Shown here piece by piece: positions 1 through 9,786 of a stretch of 64,000 bases of DNA; the first letter of the stretch is position 1, and every line of letters begins with the position of its first letter. The stretch covers positions 8,369 to 72,368 of IMG/VR virus record IMGVR_UViG_3300025138_009100; one strand, written 5' to 3'. Made by a program: the position numbers and the translations under genes. The DNA is from a virus. The notes under the pieces were generated by a model. The model searched no databases and was not told where the DNA came from. It saw only the letters and a program-made list of their open reading frames with translations.

Positions 1-1
1 T

Positions 2-3000
2 AATTTATCAGAAGTTGTTTCTACTGGTAGTTTAAATTTGTTTAGTTCAAATTACACTGGATTTAATACACCGTTTTATCTTTGGTATAATAATAACTAC
101 GGAACTGGAATAACACTTCAAGACAATCAGATTGCTAGCGTTGATGTAGGCGATGAAATTCGCGGCGTTGACCTGTTTGGTTACGGGTCATGCACTGGTG
201 ACAGTCCTAGAAAAGCAGTAGACTCTGCGTTAATTACAGACGATACTATCTGGAGACCAGAAACATGCAATGAAGGCGGTATATTCAGAGCTACTCAGAC
301 TTATACAAATTTGAGTGCTGGATATAGCGGAAATTATTACGGTATAAGAAAACTACAAGGTCTTATTCCAGACGCTCCATATATTACAACCCTTAAAATA
401 ACAACGGGGTCTACAGAGGCTATTAAAGTACCTAGAGATTGGGAAGAATGGGAGTATGGAACCTGTGGGCCAGATACGATTGGCGGTTGTTGTCCAGATG
501 ACCCTTGCTCCAGAAATATAAACTTTAGTGGAATCAAGTTGATTGGCGACTACCCCTATCTAAGCGGTCAGCCTGCCCTTTATGATTCTAGCTCTAGGCT
601 GGCTGGAGACAATTATGGACGATCCGTAGCAGTCAAGAAAGACCTAATGGTAGTGGGCGCTCCAAAGCATAAAATATATGACGAAAGAGGTGATCTATTA
701 AATGACGCTGGTGCTGTATTCTTGTATAGAAGAGACGAAGATCTTGCAGGACTAAAAGCAGATTGGGCGTTAGAGGAGAAGATAATACTTCCTTCTGGGT
801 ATAGACAAGACTACATCAGTGAAACATATCAAAACCTTCTATGCTATCCTAACAACTTAGCTAAAGAGTTCTGTATTTCTGGTCAACAGTGGAATATAGG
901 TCAACAGGGTAGAGAGTTTGGTCACTCGTTAGACTTGGCAAGCAGTGGAGACAGAGAAACACTTGTAGTTGGTGCGCCGGGAGCTTATTGGAACAGGACA
1001 TTTGAAGACATTGTTGTTTCAGGTGTGCCTGTATTTATGCTTGTGTTTACCGATAAATTTTCATACAACAAAGAGAAAATTGCCGCTATAGGTAACACTG
1101 CTTTAAAATATGATATACTGTACAAATATTTTTCTGCACCTTGGGTTCTTGATGGGTCTCAGTTCCAACCTGAGCTAGATATAAATGTTCTACTATGTCA
1201 AATTTACGATAACGATCAAAAAGACAGCTTACCAAAAGTTAGATCAGATAAACCTTGGTTCCATCACTTATACATAAATAATTTACTTGATGACAATGAA
1301 GATCCTGCGGTATTAAAAAACACCGCTTTGAGTGGAATACAGAAGAAGTTCTTTGAAATGTTCCCTTACGGAGACGCTCTTTATAGCGGTGTTCCTCCTA
1401 TTGTCGGAGTGTTTGGTGACGATACTCCATCAACATTCAATAAAGCTGCATTCCAGCCAGCGCTAGATGAATTTTTGTCTTTCTATCAAGAGTACGCATA
1501 TGAAAGTGGTATTAAAGACTTAACGAATGACACCTCTCAGTCCGGGTATGTTAAGCAGATTTATTCTGATAGTTTTGCTTGGGACAAAGCTTCTGTCAAA
1601 ATACTTAGTGATACTTTGGCTACCGGAAATTTACTCACGCAAAAACAATCTAGATTCCCAGACTACAACTTTACTGGCAATCCAGTTATGAATTATGTAA
1701 CCAGTGGAGTAGGTCAAGAGTGGGCTAGAAGTAATTCTTATGAGTTTCAAATTCCGCCAGAATCTGGTGGTCGTGCTTACATCTTTGAAAAAGAGAATGG
1801 TAGATTTAACCTTGTGCAAGAGATTGTTTCTCCTCAAGAAGATTTACAGCTTTTTAGCAGTGATGATTTCGCAGGGGCGATGGACCAGACAGGACTTCCA
1901 TACGGAACAAAACCAAACGACAGGTTCGGCCATTCTGTTTCAATAAGTAACAATTCTGAAGTTGTTACTATTGGATCTCCTTACTCAACAGAAGCTTGCT
2001 TAATCTATGAGCGAGACGAAAAAGAAAACACAAGAATGTATAAGAAGATTAGAGAGTGGTTAGTCTCTAAGTCTTTGGACGAAGAAGTTACAAAGTATGA
2101 TAATCTCCTAGTTGTGTCTGGAGAGTTACAGGTACAGAAAGCGACATATAACGAGCTTAATCAAACTAATAAGTTTGCACTAAGAACAGACAAGAGTTTT
2201 TGGGGTAAAACTCCTATTAATTTATATAAGAAAATATTCAAGTACGACTACACAGATATTGCGTATACAGGAACTTGGGGTTTCATTCCTCAAGAATTTG
2301 CTGGAACTTCTAGACTTGGTTACAGTACCGCTATTAGTGAAGACGGCGGCGTAGCAGCTTTTGGTGCGCCAACAGACTCCTTTAATGAATTTGATGATTA
2401 TAACGTGTATCACAGGTCAGAGGATACTTGGGCTTCTTATATGCAAGCTGGAGCGGTTAGGGTATTTGAATCTAGAAGGTATCACCCACACAGTGGTGCT
2501 GTTGAGTTCACAAGGTTTGGAAATCTTGACAGAAGCGTTCATGGTTCTGGAGACATGGCTCAGTTCTACGACCAGATGGGTCTTTATCTCAAGCCTAAGA
2601 ATATTTCGTTTGAAAGACTTCCGTTTTCCGAGATAGAAATACCCGAAAGCGCAGGTCTCGCATTTATCATTACTCCTGAATTAGATGCTGCTAGTGACGA
2701 AATTATAGATAATATTAAATCTTGGCTTGCTCTAGGTGACAGAACTTTAGTTCTGGCTGGTAACGACCCAATCTGGGAAGAGAATGGACTATACTTCGAT
2801 TCTAATAAAATAGTAAATAAGATTCTTAAAAAGCTTGGATCAAGAATGAGACTTGTTCCTGCTAGAAATGAATATGAATCATTAGTAGGTGGTGTTTCTG
2901 AGTTAGATTATAATAATGATAAATACAATGTAACCAAAGCATTTATTCCTGAGTACATACATGATACACATCTAACAAATAATAATATGTTTGCTAGTGG

Positions 3001-6000
3001 TGTTGCAGATATTAGAATAGATATTTCCGATTTGGAGTTACAAGATTTACTACTACATTCTCCTTGTGATACAATTAACACAAAGTGTGAGCATACTATT
3101 CAGCATCTAGGAGATTTGAGAACACAGTGGAACTCTGAGTGTATTGTTGCCGGTACTCCTCCCGGTAAAATAGAATACAAGACAAACTGGCCTTTCCATT
3201 TTAATAATCCAAATCCAGCAAGAGGTTGCAGTTTCTGGCCTCAAAATCCAAAACCTTATGTAGATCGACCGGGAGAGGCAATTAGACCTGTCCTCACGGC
3301 TGCTGAACACATAACACCACCACCAGTTATTATACCTGCTTCCAGCGGCGAAGATAAAAAATGCACTACCAGTCTTTCTGGGATTATAACGACTACTTAT
3401 GAAACAAGTACTAAACTCTATGAATTTGCCGACACGCAACTTGACGAGTTGGCGTTTTCCATAAGTCAACCCTCTGGATCGTTTCTGTCTGGAATATTTG
3501 AAGATTTTACTAGAGGTGAGTTCTTTGACCCAGAGCCTTTTGAGACTAGAAACTCATTCATGCAAGCCGCAGGTACTTCTTACGAAGTAGATGTTCCTCC
3601 TAGTGATTTTGTTGTTTCGCCAGAGAGTGTTTGGGCCACGGAAGAGTCTTACTACAACAACTCCGTTAACACTAACTCTAAAGTAATACTGTTTGCTTCT
3701 ATGCAGGCTGAAACAGATTTTGCTGTAGGTAAGTCAAATAACGCAGGAGAAGATCCTAATAATAAAGATCAAAATATATACTTCTACAACAACCTTGTTT
3801 CTCAGGATTGCAATAGCGCTGGAAACATTATTCAGCTTGGTGGCTGGACGGGAAGAGACTCTTTCAGTTCTGCATTTGCTAATTCGGCAGTAGCCAAGGT
3901 CTTAAAACAGGGACAGCATGAAGTTTCTTCTGGAGTGATATTTACTGAAACTGATTCAATTTCTGTTATACATAATGTCGTCTGGATTGCAGATCCTATC
4001 GCCAAACCTTCTGATTCAGATATAAATAGAATCAAGAACTGGTTAGATACAGGAGATAAAAAACTCGTAATAACATATTCTAACAGTCAAGAAAAAGCAA
4101 ACCACGTAGAGTATATTTGTGATAAGTTGGGATTGAACACTAAGCCTTACTACTCTAAGGCGAACGGCGCGTATTTTGTTCAGGATACAGATCTGATAGC
4201 TCAAGGTAACACTCAAGCTATACCTTATGATAATACGGGAGGTTTTGAACCAGCCCAATTGATTGATGAGACCGCATCTGTGTTTATAGGATGTCCTGAC
4301 GGATATGCTTTCAACGCAATTACAGCAGAGACAAAAGTTGAAAAACTTGCAATTATTCCAGAAAACGCCAACCCTATTGATTACTCTTCGGAGATAGACT
4401 TTACTACGGGTTACACTGAGTATGCGTTTATTCCGCTCAAGGTTGGCGACAATACTAAGAAGTTGGTTCGCTATCAAGCGCCATTAATCGAGAAAAGATA
4501 CAATAATCCTTATGTTTACTGGAAGATAGACGCTAATGCTAGCTCTGACTTTAAAGTAGTTCCAAACTCTGGATATAAAATGTTTATAGATTATATATCA
4601 GAAAGCCCCGACGAGAAGTACGATATAACCCTAGATATTGACGGCGTTTCTTTCTCTCCTTATCCAGATGACAGAGAAGAGTCTGGAGATGGAAACGTAG
4701 ATGATAGCAGTAGAAAACTACAAAGAACAGAGACTTATAAAAAACAAACGAAGATATTTGACTTTAGGGTTAAGAAAGAGATTAGCGAGATATCGTTAAG
4801 ACTTGACACTAAAGAATGGAGACAGATTAAGAGCGAAGACTTTGATGGAAATAGACCTTTGACACCAAGAGTTATTTCTGTTTCAGGTTGCCCTCTTCCG
4901 ATCAATGTCGAAACAATAACATCAACAAGAACAAAAGAAAGAAAGATTTATATCACTAAATGCTCTGGTGTACCTTGGTATAACCCAGAGCAGGCTATTA
5001 CTTTTGATCCAGAGTTTAGACCTATTAAAACTCTTAATGATAAATATTGCTCGTCCTCTCCTGCTTGCGATGGATATGGAAATCAATTTATTGAAGATGG
5101 CCCTGTCATCGCGGCAGATGAGCTAGAACATTTTACTACGTTTAATGTGGGTAGGAATAGATCTAGAATCGTTCTTCTTTCCGACTCTACTATAATACAA
5201 GGGCAATCCCCTTACTTCATGAATGATGCTATAGAAGAAAACCAAAAGTTTATTCGTAGCCTGTATCCGACAAGTCCAGAAAAATACGGAAACATGGAGT
5301 ATAGTGAGGATACAAACTTTGTTGACGGAGTCAGGAAATTCTCATTTACTCAAAAAGTCTTGTCTCCACAAAGAGGAAGTGCTGCTAAATATTACGCTGC
5401 TAGTGGCTTGGATAATTTAGTAGAAAGATACACAATAGGAGGTGTTGCCGGGTCTCTGCAAAACTATACAGATTCTGAGAACAACAAAAATCCCGGAGAT
5501 GTCTTTAGAGAGTTTTCACCAGAAACACCCGAAAGAGTAGAACAAGAACTAGAAAGGTTTGGCGAAGATATTATCCCTATCTACGGAGTCTATCCAAGAT
5601 ATAGCGGGATTATAGACGGCAAGCTTTACATAGATGCTGGAATAGAGGGTGGCATTCCAGATTTCATGGTAGATAAAGATAAAGATTATATTGATTTTGA
5701 TATGCTCGCTTCTGGATATGCTGGCGATCTGTTTGGCATATCTATTGATATTCATGAAGACAAGTTAATTGTTGGCGCGCCATTTAATGGATTCTTAAAT
5801 GAAGATATTGAATCATGGTCTGGTATATATAATTTACATGAATCTGGCGCTATAGGGTCTGGCCTCAAATTGAGTGGTAACGGTGGTGCTGGCGCTGCAT
5901 TTTACTACGAAAGAACTGGACGTGGAAAAAATGCTGTTTCAGAATTTCTACCTTGGGAATTCCAACAAAAAATTAGACCTAGTAGTATCAATGTTGGCAT

Positions 6001-7156
6001 AGAAAATTCAACACTAGGAAAACTTAAAGAAGAAAAAGCCCACAAGCCAATTAACATTACTAGTGATTTTGTTATGAAGAATGCAATCATGACAGATAGA
6101 TTTGGATATTCGGTTTCAATAGATTCTGACTTTGCTGCCATAGGCGCGCCTGCACACGATTTTGAGACAATCCATGATCACATATATAGTGGTAACGCTG
6201 CGTTTATAAGAAAAGAATTTGGTGGACAATTTGATATTCCTCAACATTCATTCTTTGACCTCGGAAGCTCTGGTGTAAGGATAGACGATTTCAGTAGAAC
6301 TAGTGGAGATATGGTGTTGAATAATGGCGCAGTCTTTACTTATCGTCACAAAATTACAAGTTGGACAGCAAGATCTAAGAAGTGGGTTTATGCGCAAAAA
6401 ATGAATCCAGAAGGATACAAAGATAGAAATAATGTAGATCCTACTGGTTGTGAAAATGATTTCTTTGGTTTTTCTGTTGGTATAGATAGAGCTAGACGTG
6501 GAGATAGTGATTATGTTCTGGTTGCGGGTTCTCCTAATCACAACTTCTCAACCAGCGGAGATCATCCAACGCAAACACTTGAAGACGCTGGAGCTTCATA
6601 CACCTTTGACGCCATGCTCAGAGAACAAATTGCCTCCGTACCTAATTCTGGGAGCTATATTGACGCTCAGGTATTTGGACACAAGCCGGAAAGCCAAGCG
6701 GACAGGTTGAGAAATATTGTATACCAAAACACTACAGGTCAGCAAGAAGGCTATGAAGTAAGCGGAATAATAATTGCAAATGAAAATGGAGATGTGTTCA
6801 TAGAAGTTTCAGGCCAAGACCCCGCAGAGAAGGGGTTCGTTGCTCATCGTCCATATGTAGAATATGTTAGAGGTGAGTTAATTTCTGGAACAGGTGTCAA
6901 TCAAGAGTTTAATTTGATAGCGTCTGGAAGCCCAGTTTCTGTTAGTGGACAAATAATAAACTTATCTATTCCCGGTCCATCGTCTGATATAGTGTATAAT
7001 AATGTGAATCTATATAGTTTCGGATCTTACGTAGGAAGCGGAGACATGCCTTTGTACATGCAGGTTTATAGCGGTATTTATAATAATTCTTTGAATTTGA
7101 ATTTAACTAGTACTCAAACCATAGCGAATCTAAATTTAAGGATGAGGGGTAAATAA
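2..7156 (+). CDS. Giant putative virion/tail protein with seven FG-GAP (integrin-alpha-like beta-propeller) repeats; 5'-truncated by window edge
   Basis: The frame is open from position 2 (NLSEVVSTGSLNLFSS...), so the TTG at 38 is probably not the true start. FG-GAP-type blades: DNYGRSVAV..VVGAP, EFGHSLDL..VVGAP, DRFGHSVSI..IGSP, RLGYSTAI..FGAP, DLFGISIDI..IVGAP, DRFGYSVSI..IGAP, DFFGFSVGI..AGSP. Lies in a block of large + strand genes. Confidence 0.75.
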   Translation, partial: NLSEVVSTGSLNLFSSNYTGFNTPFYLWYNNNYGTGITLQDNQIASVDVGDEIRGVDLFGYGSCTGDSPRKAVDSALITDDTIWRPETCNEGGIFRATQTYTNLSAGYSGNYYGIRKLQGLIPDAPYITTLKITTGSTEAIKVPRDWEEWEYGTCGPDTIGGCCPDDPCSRNINFSGIKLIGDYPYLSGQPALYDSSSRLAGDNYGRSVAVKKDLMVVGAPKHKIYDERGDLLNDAGAVFLYRRDEDLAGLKADWALEEKIILPSGYRQDYISETYQNLLCYPNNLAKEFCISGQQWNIGQQGREFGHSLDLASSGDRETLVVGAPGAYWNRTFEDIVVSGVPVFMLVFTDKFSYNKEKIAAIGNTALKYDILYKYFSAPWVLDGSQFQPELDINVLLCQIYDNDQKDSLPKVRSDKPWFHHLYINNLLDDNEDPAVLKNTALSGIQKKFFEMFPYGDALYSGVPPIVGVFGDDTPSTFNKAAFQPALDEFLSFYQEYAYESGIKDLTNDTSQSGYVKQIYSDSFAWDKASVKILSDTLATGNLLTQKQSRFPDYNFTGNPVMNYVTSGVGQEWARSNSYEFQIPPESGGRAYIFEKENGRFNLVQEIVSPQEDLQLFSSDDFAGAMDQTGLPYGTKPNDRFGHSVSISNNSEVVTIGSPYSTEACLIYERDEKENTRMYKKIREWLVSKSLDEEVTKYDNLLVVSGELQVQKATYNELNQTNKFALRTDKSFWGKTPINLYKKIFKYDYTDIAYTGTWGFIPQEFAGTSRLGYSTAISEDGGVAAFGAPTDSFNEFDDYNVYHRSEDTWASYMQAGAVRVFESRRYHPHSGAVEFTRFGNLDRSVHGSGDMAQFYDQMGLYLKPKNISFERLPFSEIEIPESAGLAFIITPELDAASDEIIDNIKSWLALGDRTLVLAGNDPIWEENGLYFDSNKIVNKILKKLGSRMRLVPARNEYESLVGGVSELDYNNDKYNVTKAFIPEYIHDTHLTNNNMFASGVADIRIDISDLELQDLLLHSPCDTINTKCEHTIQHLGDLRTQWNSECIVAGTPPGKIEYKTNWPFHFNNPNPARGCSFWPQNPKPYVDRPGEAIRPVLTAAEHITPPPVIIPASSGEDKKCTTSLSGIITTTYETSTKLYEFADTQLDELAFSISQPSGSFLSGIFEDFTRGEFFDPEPFETRNSFMQAAGTSYEVDVPPSDFVVSPESVWATEESYYNNSVNTNSKVILFASMQAETDFAVGKSNNAGEDPNNKDQNIYFYNNLVSQDCNSAGNIIQLGGWTGRDSFSSAFANSAVAKVLKQGQHEVSSGVIFTETDSISVIHNVVWIADPIAKPSDSDINRIKNWLDTGDKKLVITYSNSQEKANHVEYICDKLGLNTKPYYSKANGAYFVQDTDLIAQGNTQAIPYDNTGGFEPAQLIDETASVFIGCPDGYAFNAITAETKVEKLAIIPENANPIDYSSEIDFTTGYTEYAFIPLKVGDNTKKLVRYQAPLIEKRYNNPYVYWKIDANASSDFKVVPNSGYKMFIDYISESPDEKYDITLDIDGVSFSPYPDDREESGDGNVDDSSRKLQRTETYKKQTKIFDFRVKKEISEISLRLDTKEWRQIKSEDFDGNRPLTPRVISVSGCPLPINVETITSTRTKERKIYITKCSGVPWYNPEQAITFDPEFRPIKTLNDKYCSSSPACDGYGNQFIEDGPVIAADELEHFTTFNVGRNRSRIVLLSDSTIIQGQSPYFMNDAIEENQKFIRSLYPTSPEKYGNMEYSEDTNFVDGVRKFSFTQKVLSPQRGSAAKYYAASGLDNLVERYTIGGVAGSLQNYTDSENNKNPGDVFREFSPETPERVEQELERFGEDIIPIYGVYPRYSGIIDGKLYIDAGIEGGIPDFMVDKDKDYIDFDMLASGYAGDLFGISIDIHEDKLIVGAPFNGFLNEDIESWSGIYNLHESGAIGSGLKLSGNGGAGAAFYYERTGRGKNAVSEFLPWEFQQKIRPSSINVGIENSTLGKLKEEKAHKPINITSDFVMKNAIMTDRFGYSVSIDSDFAAIGAPAHDFETIHDHIYSGNAAFIRKEFGGQFDIPQHSFFDLGSSGVRIDDFSRTSGDMVLNNGAVFTYRHKITSWTARSKKWVYAQKMNPEGYKDRNNVDPTGCENDFFGFSVGIDRARRGDSDYVLVAGSPNHNFSTSGDHPTQTLEDAGASYTFDAMLREQIASVPNSGSYIDAQVFGHKPESQADRLRNIVYQNTTGQQEGYEVSGIIIANENGDVFIEVSGQDPAEKGFVAHRPYVEYVRGELISGTGVNQEFNLIASGSPVSVSGQIINLSIPGPSSDIVYNNVNLYSFGSYVGSGDMPLYMQVYSGIYNNSLNLNLTSTQTIANLNLRMRGK
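6992..7000 (+). promoter_or_regulatory. Candidate phage late-promoter motif GTGTATAAT
   Basis: Same 9-mer as at 19686; lies ~160 nt upstream of the 7156 start; no sigma70 -35 box evident. Confidence 0.35.
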
Positions 7157-8958
7157 TGCCGATCAGAATAAGATACAATAACGATCCTAATCAACCCTGT
7201 ACGCTAAGACCTACGCCTTTTATGTCTATAGGCACGTCTATTTTAAAAAACGGAGCGGGAGAAGCGTTCGGTAGCGTGTATACAATTACTTTAAACGGAA
7301 CATTGTTAGCGGACCAAGGCACTCCCTACGCAACAAAACCTGTAGCGGTTGGACAATCCCACGAAAGGTTTGACTTTCATACTTACCCAGCAGACTACCC
7401 GGTCGTGGAAAACAGCAAGGTTGGTCCTTATCTTGGGTTTGACGCTGTATTAGGGGCAGATAAATACCCTCCTAAGCAACAAATCTCTGCAAACGCTTCT
7501 TCTCATTCTTTATTTGTGAAACAGAAAGCTTTAAGAGCGCTTTTCGCTAGAGATGGACAAAGGTTTGAATTGTCAGACTGGGATGACGACGAAGAGTCTA
7601 TTATTTGTTATCCTAGAGTTATAGATATTAGCTTTGAGGAAGGGATATACGTAGATAAGTGTTCTTACACAATAACTTTAGAAGCAGACACTCTTTTAAA
7701 CAGTAAGTTGCATGTAGACGCAGAAGGTGCGCTTATACTCGGAGATGGAATAGCTAGAAGCGGACTTCTAGAGCAAGACCTACTGAGAGATGGAGTCAAG
7801 CAGCATCACCCAGATCTACACCCCACCTTAGCTAGTCTTAGTGGCGCATTTATAAATGATTTTTCTGAAGACTGGTCTTTAGAGGTGGACGAGTCTCTTT
7901 CAGAGCAGCCTAATATAAATAAATCATATAGAATCACTCATAGTATTAATGCTACTGGCAAGACGCACTATGGCCCTAAAGATAACACAGAGAATGAAAT
8001 AGTAAAAAGAGAAGCGTGGGAGCAAGCGAGATTGTTTGTTCAAGATAAACTTTGTAGTAACATAAAAGATGTGTATCCAAATAGCGCTGGTATTATTGGT
8101 AAAGGTATAATAAATTTACACAGCTCTTACCAAGGCTATAACCACACAAGAACAGAGCAAATAAATCAAAGTGCTGGAAGTTATTCTGTTACAGAGACAT
8201 TTTTATTAGCTAGCGGAAATGCTTACGAAACGTACAACATGAGCATCTCTAGTGACACAAGTAATCCGTTTGTATCTGTTTCTGTTGACGGTAATGTAAA
8301 AGGTTTAACACCTATAGACCCTAGTGGCGCTGCGTTTGGAGGAGTACATTTAGAAAACGCTACATCTGGAGCTTACGATGTAGCTATAAGTAAGTATATG
8401 TCGATATCAAATAGTGGACAGTTTGGACTTGGTTGCGATTTATATAAAAGAGCAAACGCTTCCGTTGCTGTTCAGCTTAATTCTCAACCAAACTCTATCT
8501 CTTTAGGTATGAATGAAAACACGGGAGAGATAACCTATAATCTTTCTTTTGACAACAGACCTACAAACATTATATCTGGAGTGCTATCGGAAAACATAAC
8601 CGTGAATGATACTTACCCCGGAGACATATTCGCGGTCATCCCTGTTCTTGGTCGTCCAACCGGGCCTGTTCTTCAGTACATTGGCGGTAGAACTGAATAT
8701 AGAAGAGAAGTACAACTTAGTCTACAAATGGATTACACTAAAATACCTTACGGTTCCACTAGAAAGTCTTTACTCCTAAAGAAACCTAGCGTTGTAGAAC
8801 CAACCGCTAGTCAAATTGGCAGTTTAATAAAAGAATTAAGTCCAGAAGGAGAACAAGGCGTTAGAAAGTATTTTTTATCTGCGCCGCAGGAGACTTGGAG
8901 TCCAAAAGAAGGTTCTTACAACATTAGTTTGTCTTGGGTTTATGAGTTGGATAAATGA
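7156..8958 (+). CDS. Putative virion structural (tail/baseplate) protein, 600 aa
   Basis: Long ORF coupled to the upstream stop (TAATG); beta-rich pattern (YTITLNGTL, YRITHSINATG, GSYSVTETF); structural-arm context. No family recognised. Confidence 0.5.
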   Translation: MPIRIRYNNDPNQPCTLRPTPFMSIGTSILKNGAGEAFGSVYTITLNGTLLADQGTPYATKPVAVGQSHERFDFHTYPADYPVVENSKVGPYLGFDAVLGADKYPPKQQISANASSHSLFVKQKALRALFARDGQRFELSDWDDDEESIICYPRVIDISFEEGIYVDKCSYTITLEADTLLNSKLHVDAEGALILGDGIARSGLLEQDLLRDGVKQHHPDLHPTLASLSGAFINDFSEDWSLEVDESLSEQPNINKSYRITHSINATGKTHYGPKDNTENEIVKREAWEQARLFVQDKLCSNIKDVYPNSAGIIGKGIINLHSSYQGYNHTRTEQINQSAGSYSVTETFLLASGNAYETYNMSISSDTSNPFVSVSVDGNVKGLTPIDPSGAAFGGVHLENATSGAYDVAISKYMSISNSGQFGLGCDLYKRANASVAVQLNSQPNSISLGMNENTGEITYNLSFDNRPTNIISGVLSENITVNDTYPGDIFAVIPVLGRPTGPVLQYIGGRTEYRREVQLSLQMDYTKIPYGSTRKSLLLKKPSVVEPTASQIGSLIKELSPEGEQGVRKYFLSAPQETWSPKEGSYNISLSWVYELDK

Positions 8959-9785
8959 GCCATAGTGGAATAACACCTTTAACAGAGCAGCAAAAATTAG
9001 TTTCCGGCAAGCAGTTAGTTGCTTCTGGTGAAGCTAATTTTGTTGATTTTAGGCAGCATACATCTTCTGATTGGGATTCTACAATCCCTACCGGAAATGT
9101 TTATGTTATATCAACTCCTCAAGTTAGACATAAAGAGTTTGATGTAAACAAACCTGAAAAATATATTATTGCCTCTGGAATTAATTTTCCTTTTCCTAAT
9201 CCTTATAATATTTCTTATCCAGCGAATGTTACAGGAGAAATGTTTTCTTTGGCTTGGTGGGAAGTTAGTGGTGTATTTAAAACCTACCCCGCATCAACAC
9301 TTTTACTTATAGACCAAGAAAGACAAAGTGGCATTCTTCATTGGGAGGGTTTTAAACAAGTAGAAGATTTTTCAAACTCTCCTAACGTTGCACCTCTTGT
9401 TCCAGAAGTAAAGTTTAATAATTATATTCATTACTTTCCAGAATATCCTAACCATATGCATAATCCTCCTTCTAAATTGGAGGCTCCAGACTACTCAGAC
9501 CCTAGCACTACGCTTGCAAAACTAAGAAGTAAACAAAGTAGAAAATATATAGAAATAGAATATCTGTCAGATGTTACCAAAAGAACTAAGCCTTCAAGTA
9601 ATAATAATCAAAACTACGAATATGATGACGACGGACTATTTCCTTCTGTGAAATCAGAAGTGCCTTTCGTAGAAGGTAGGTGTGAATACACAGACGGAAC
9701 TTGTAGAAATAACATTTCGGAAGAAGCTTGTACGGCTTACCCCGGAGCTATTTGGACTTCAGGAGAATCTTGCCCAGAGGAATAA
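8955..9785 (+). CDS. Putative virion protein, S/T-G-rich N-terminus and C-terminal four-Cys module
   Basis: Start overlaps the upstream stop; C-terminus GRCEYTDGTCRNNISEEACTAYPGAIWTSGESC. Confidence 0.5.
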   Translation: MSHSGITPLTEQQKLVSGKQLVASGEANFVDFRQHTSSDWDSTIPTGNVYVISTPQVRHKEFDVNKPEKYIIASGINFPFPNPYNISYPANVTGEMFSLAWWEVSGVFKTYPASTLLLIDQERQSGILHWEGFKQVEDFSNSPNVAPLVPEVKFNNYIHYFPEYPNHMHNPPSKLEAPDYSDPSTTLAKLRSKQSRKYIEIEYLSDVTKRTKPSSNNNQNYEYDDDGLFPSVKSEVPFVEGRCEYTDGTCRNNISEEACTAYPGAIWTSGESCPEE

Positions 9786-9786
9786 G

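Noticed and set aside
7276-7283. Additional GTGTATA hits (7276, 30370, ~34488, ~55742)
   Set aside because: Inside coding regions or antisense and not near gene starts; expected by chance for an AT-rich 7-mer.
9682-9786. N-terminal extension of the 1811-aa ORF from GTG 9682
   Set aside because: It overlaps the Cys-module end of the upstream gene; the ATG at 9787 right after the upstream stop is the more plausible start.
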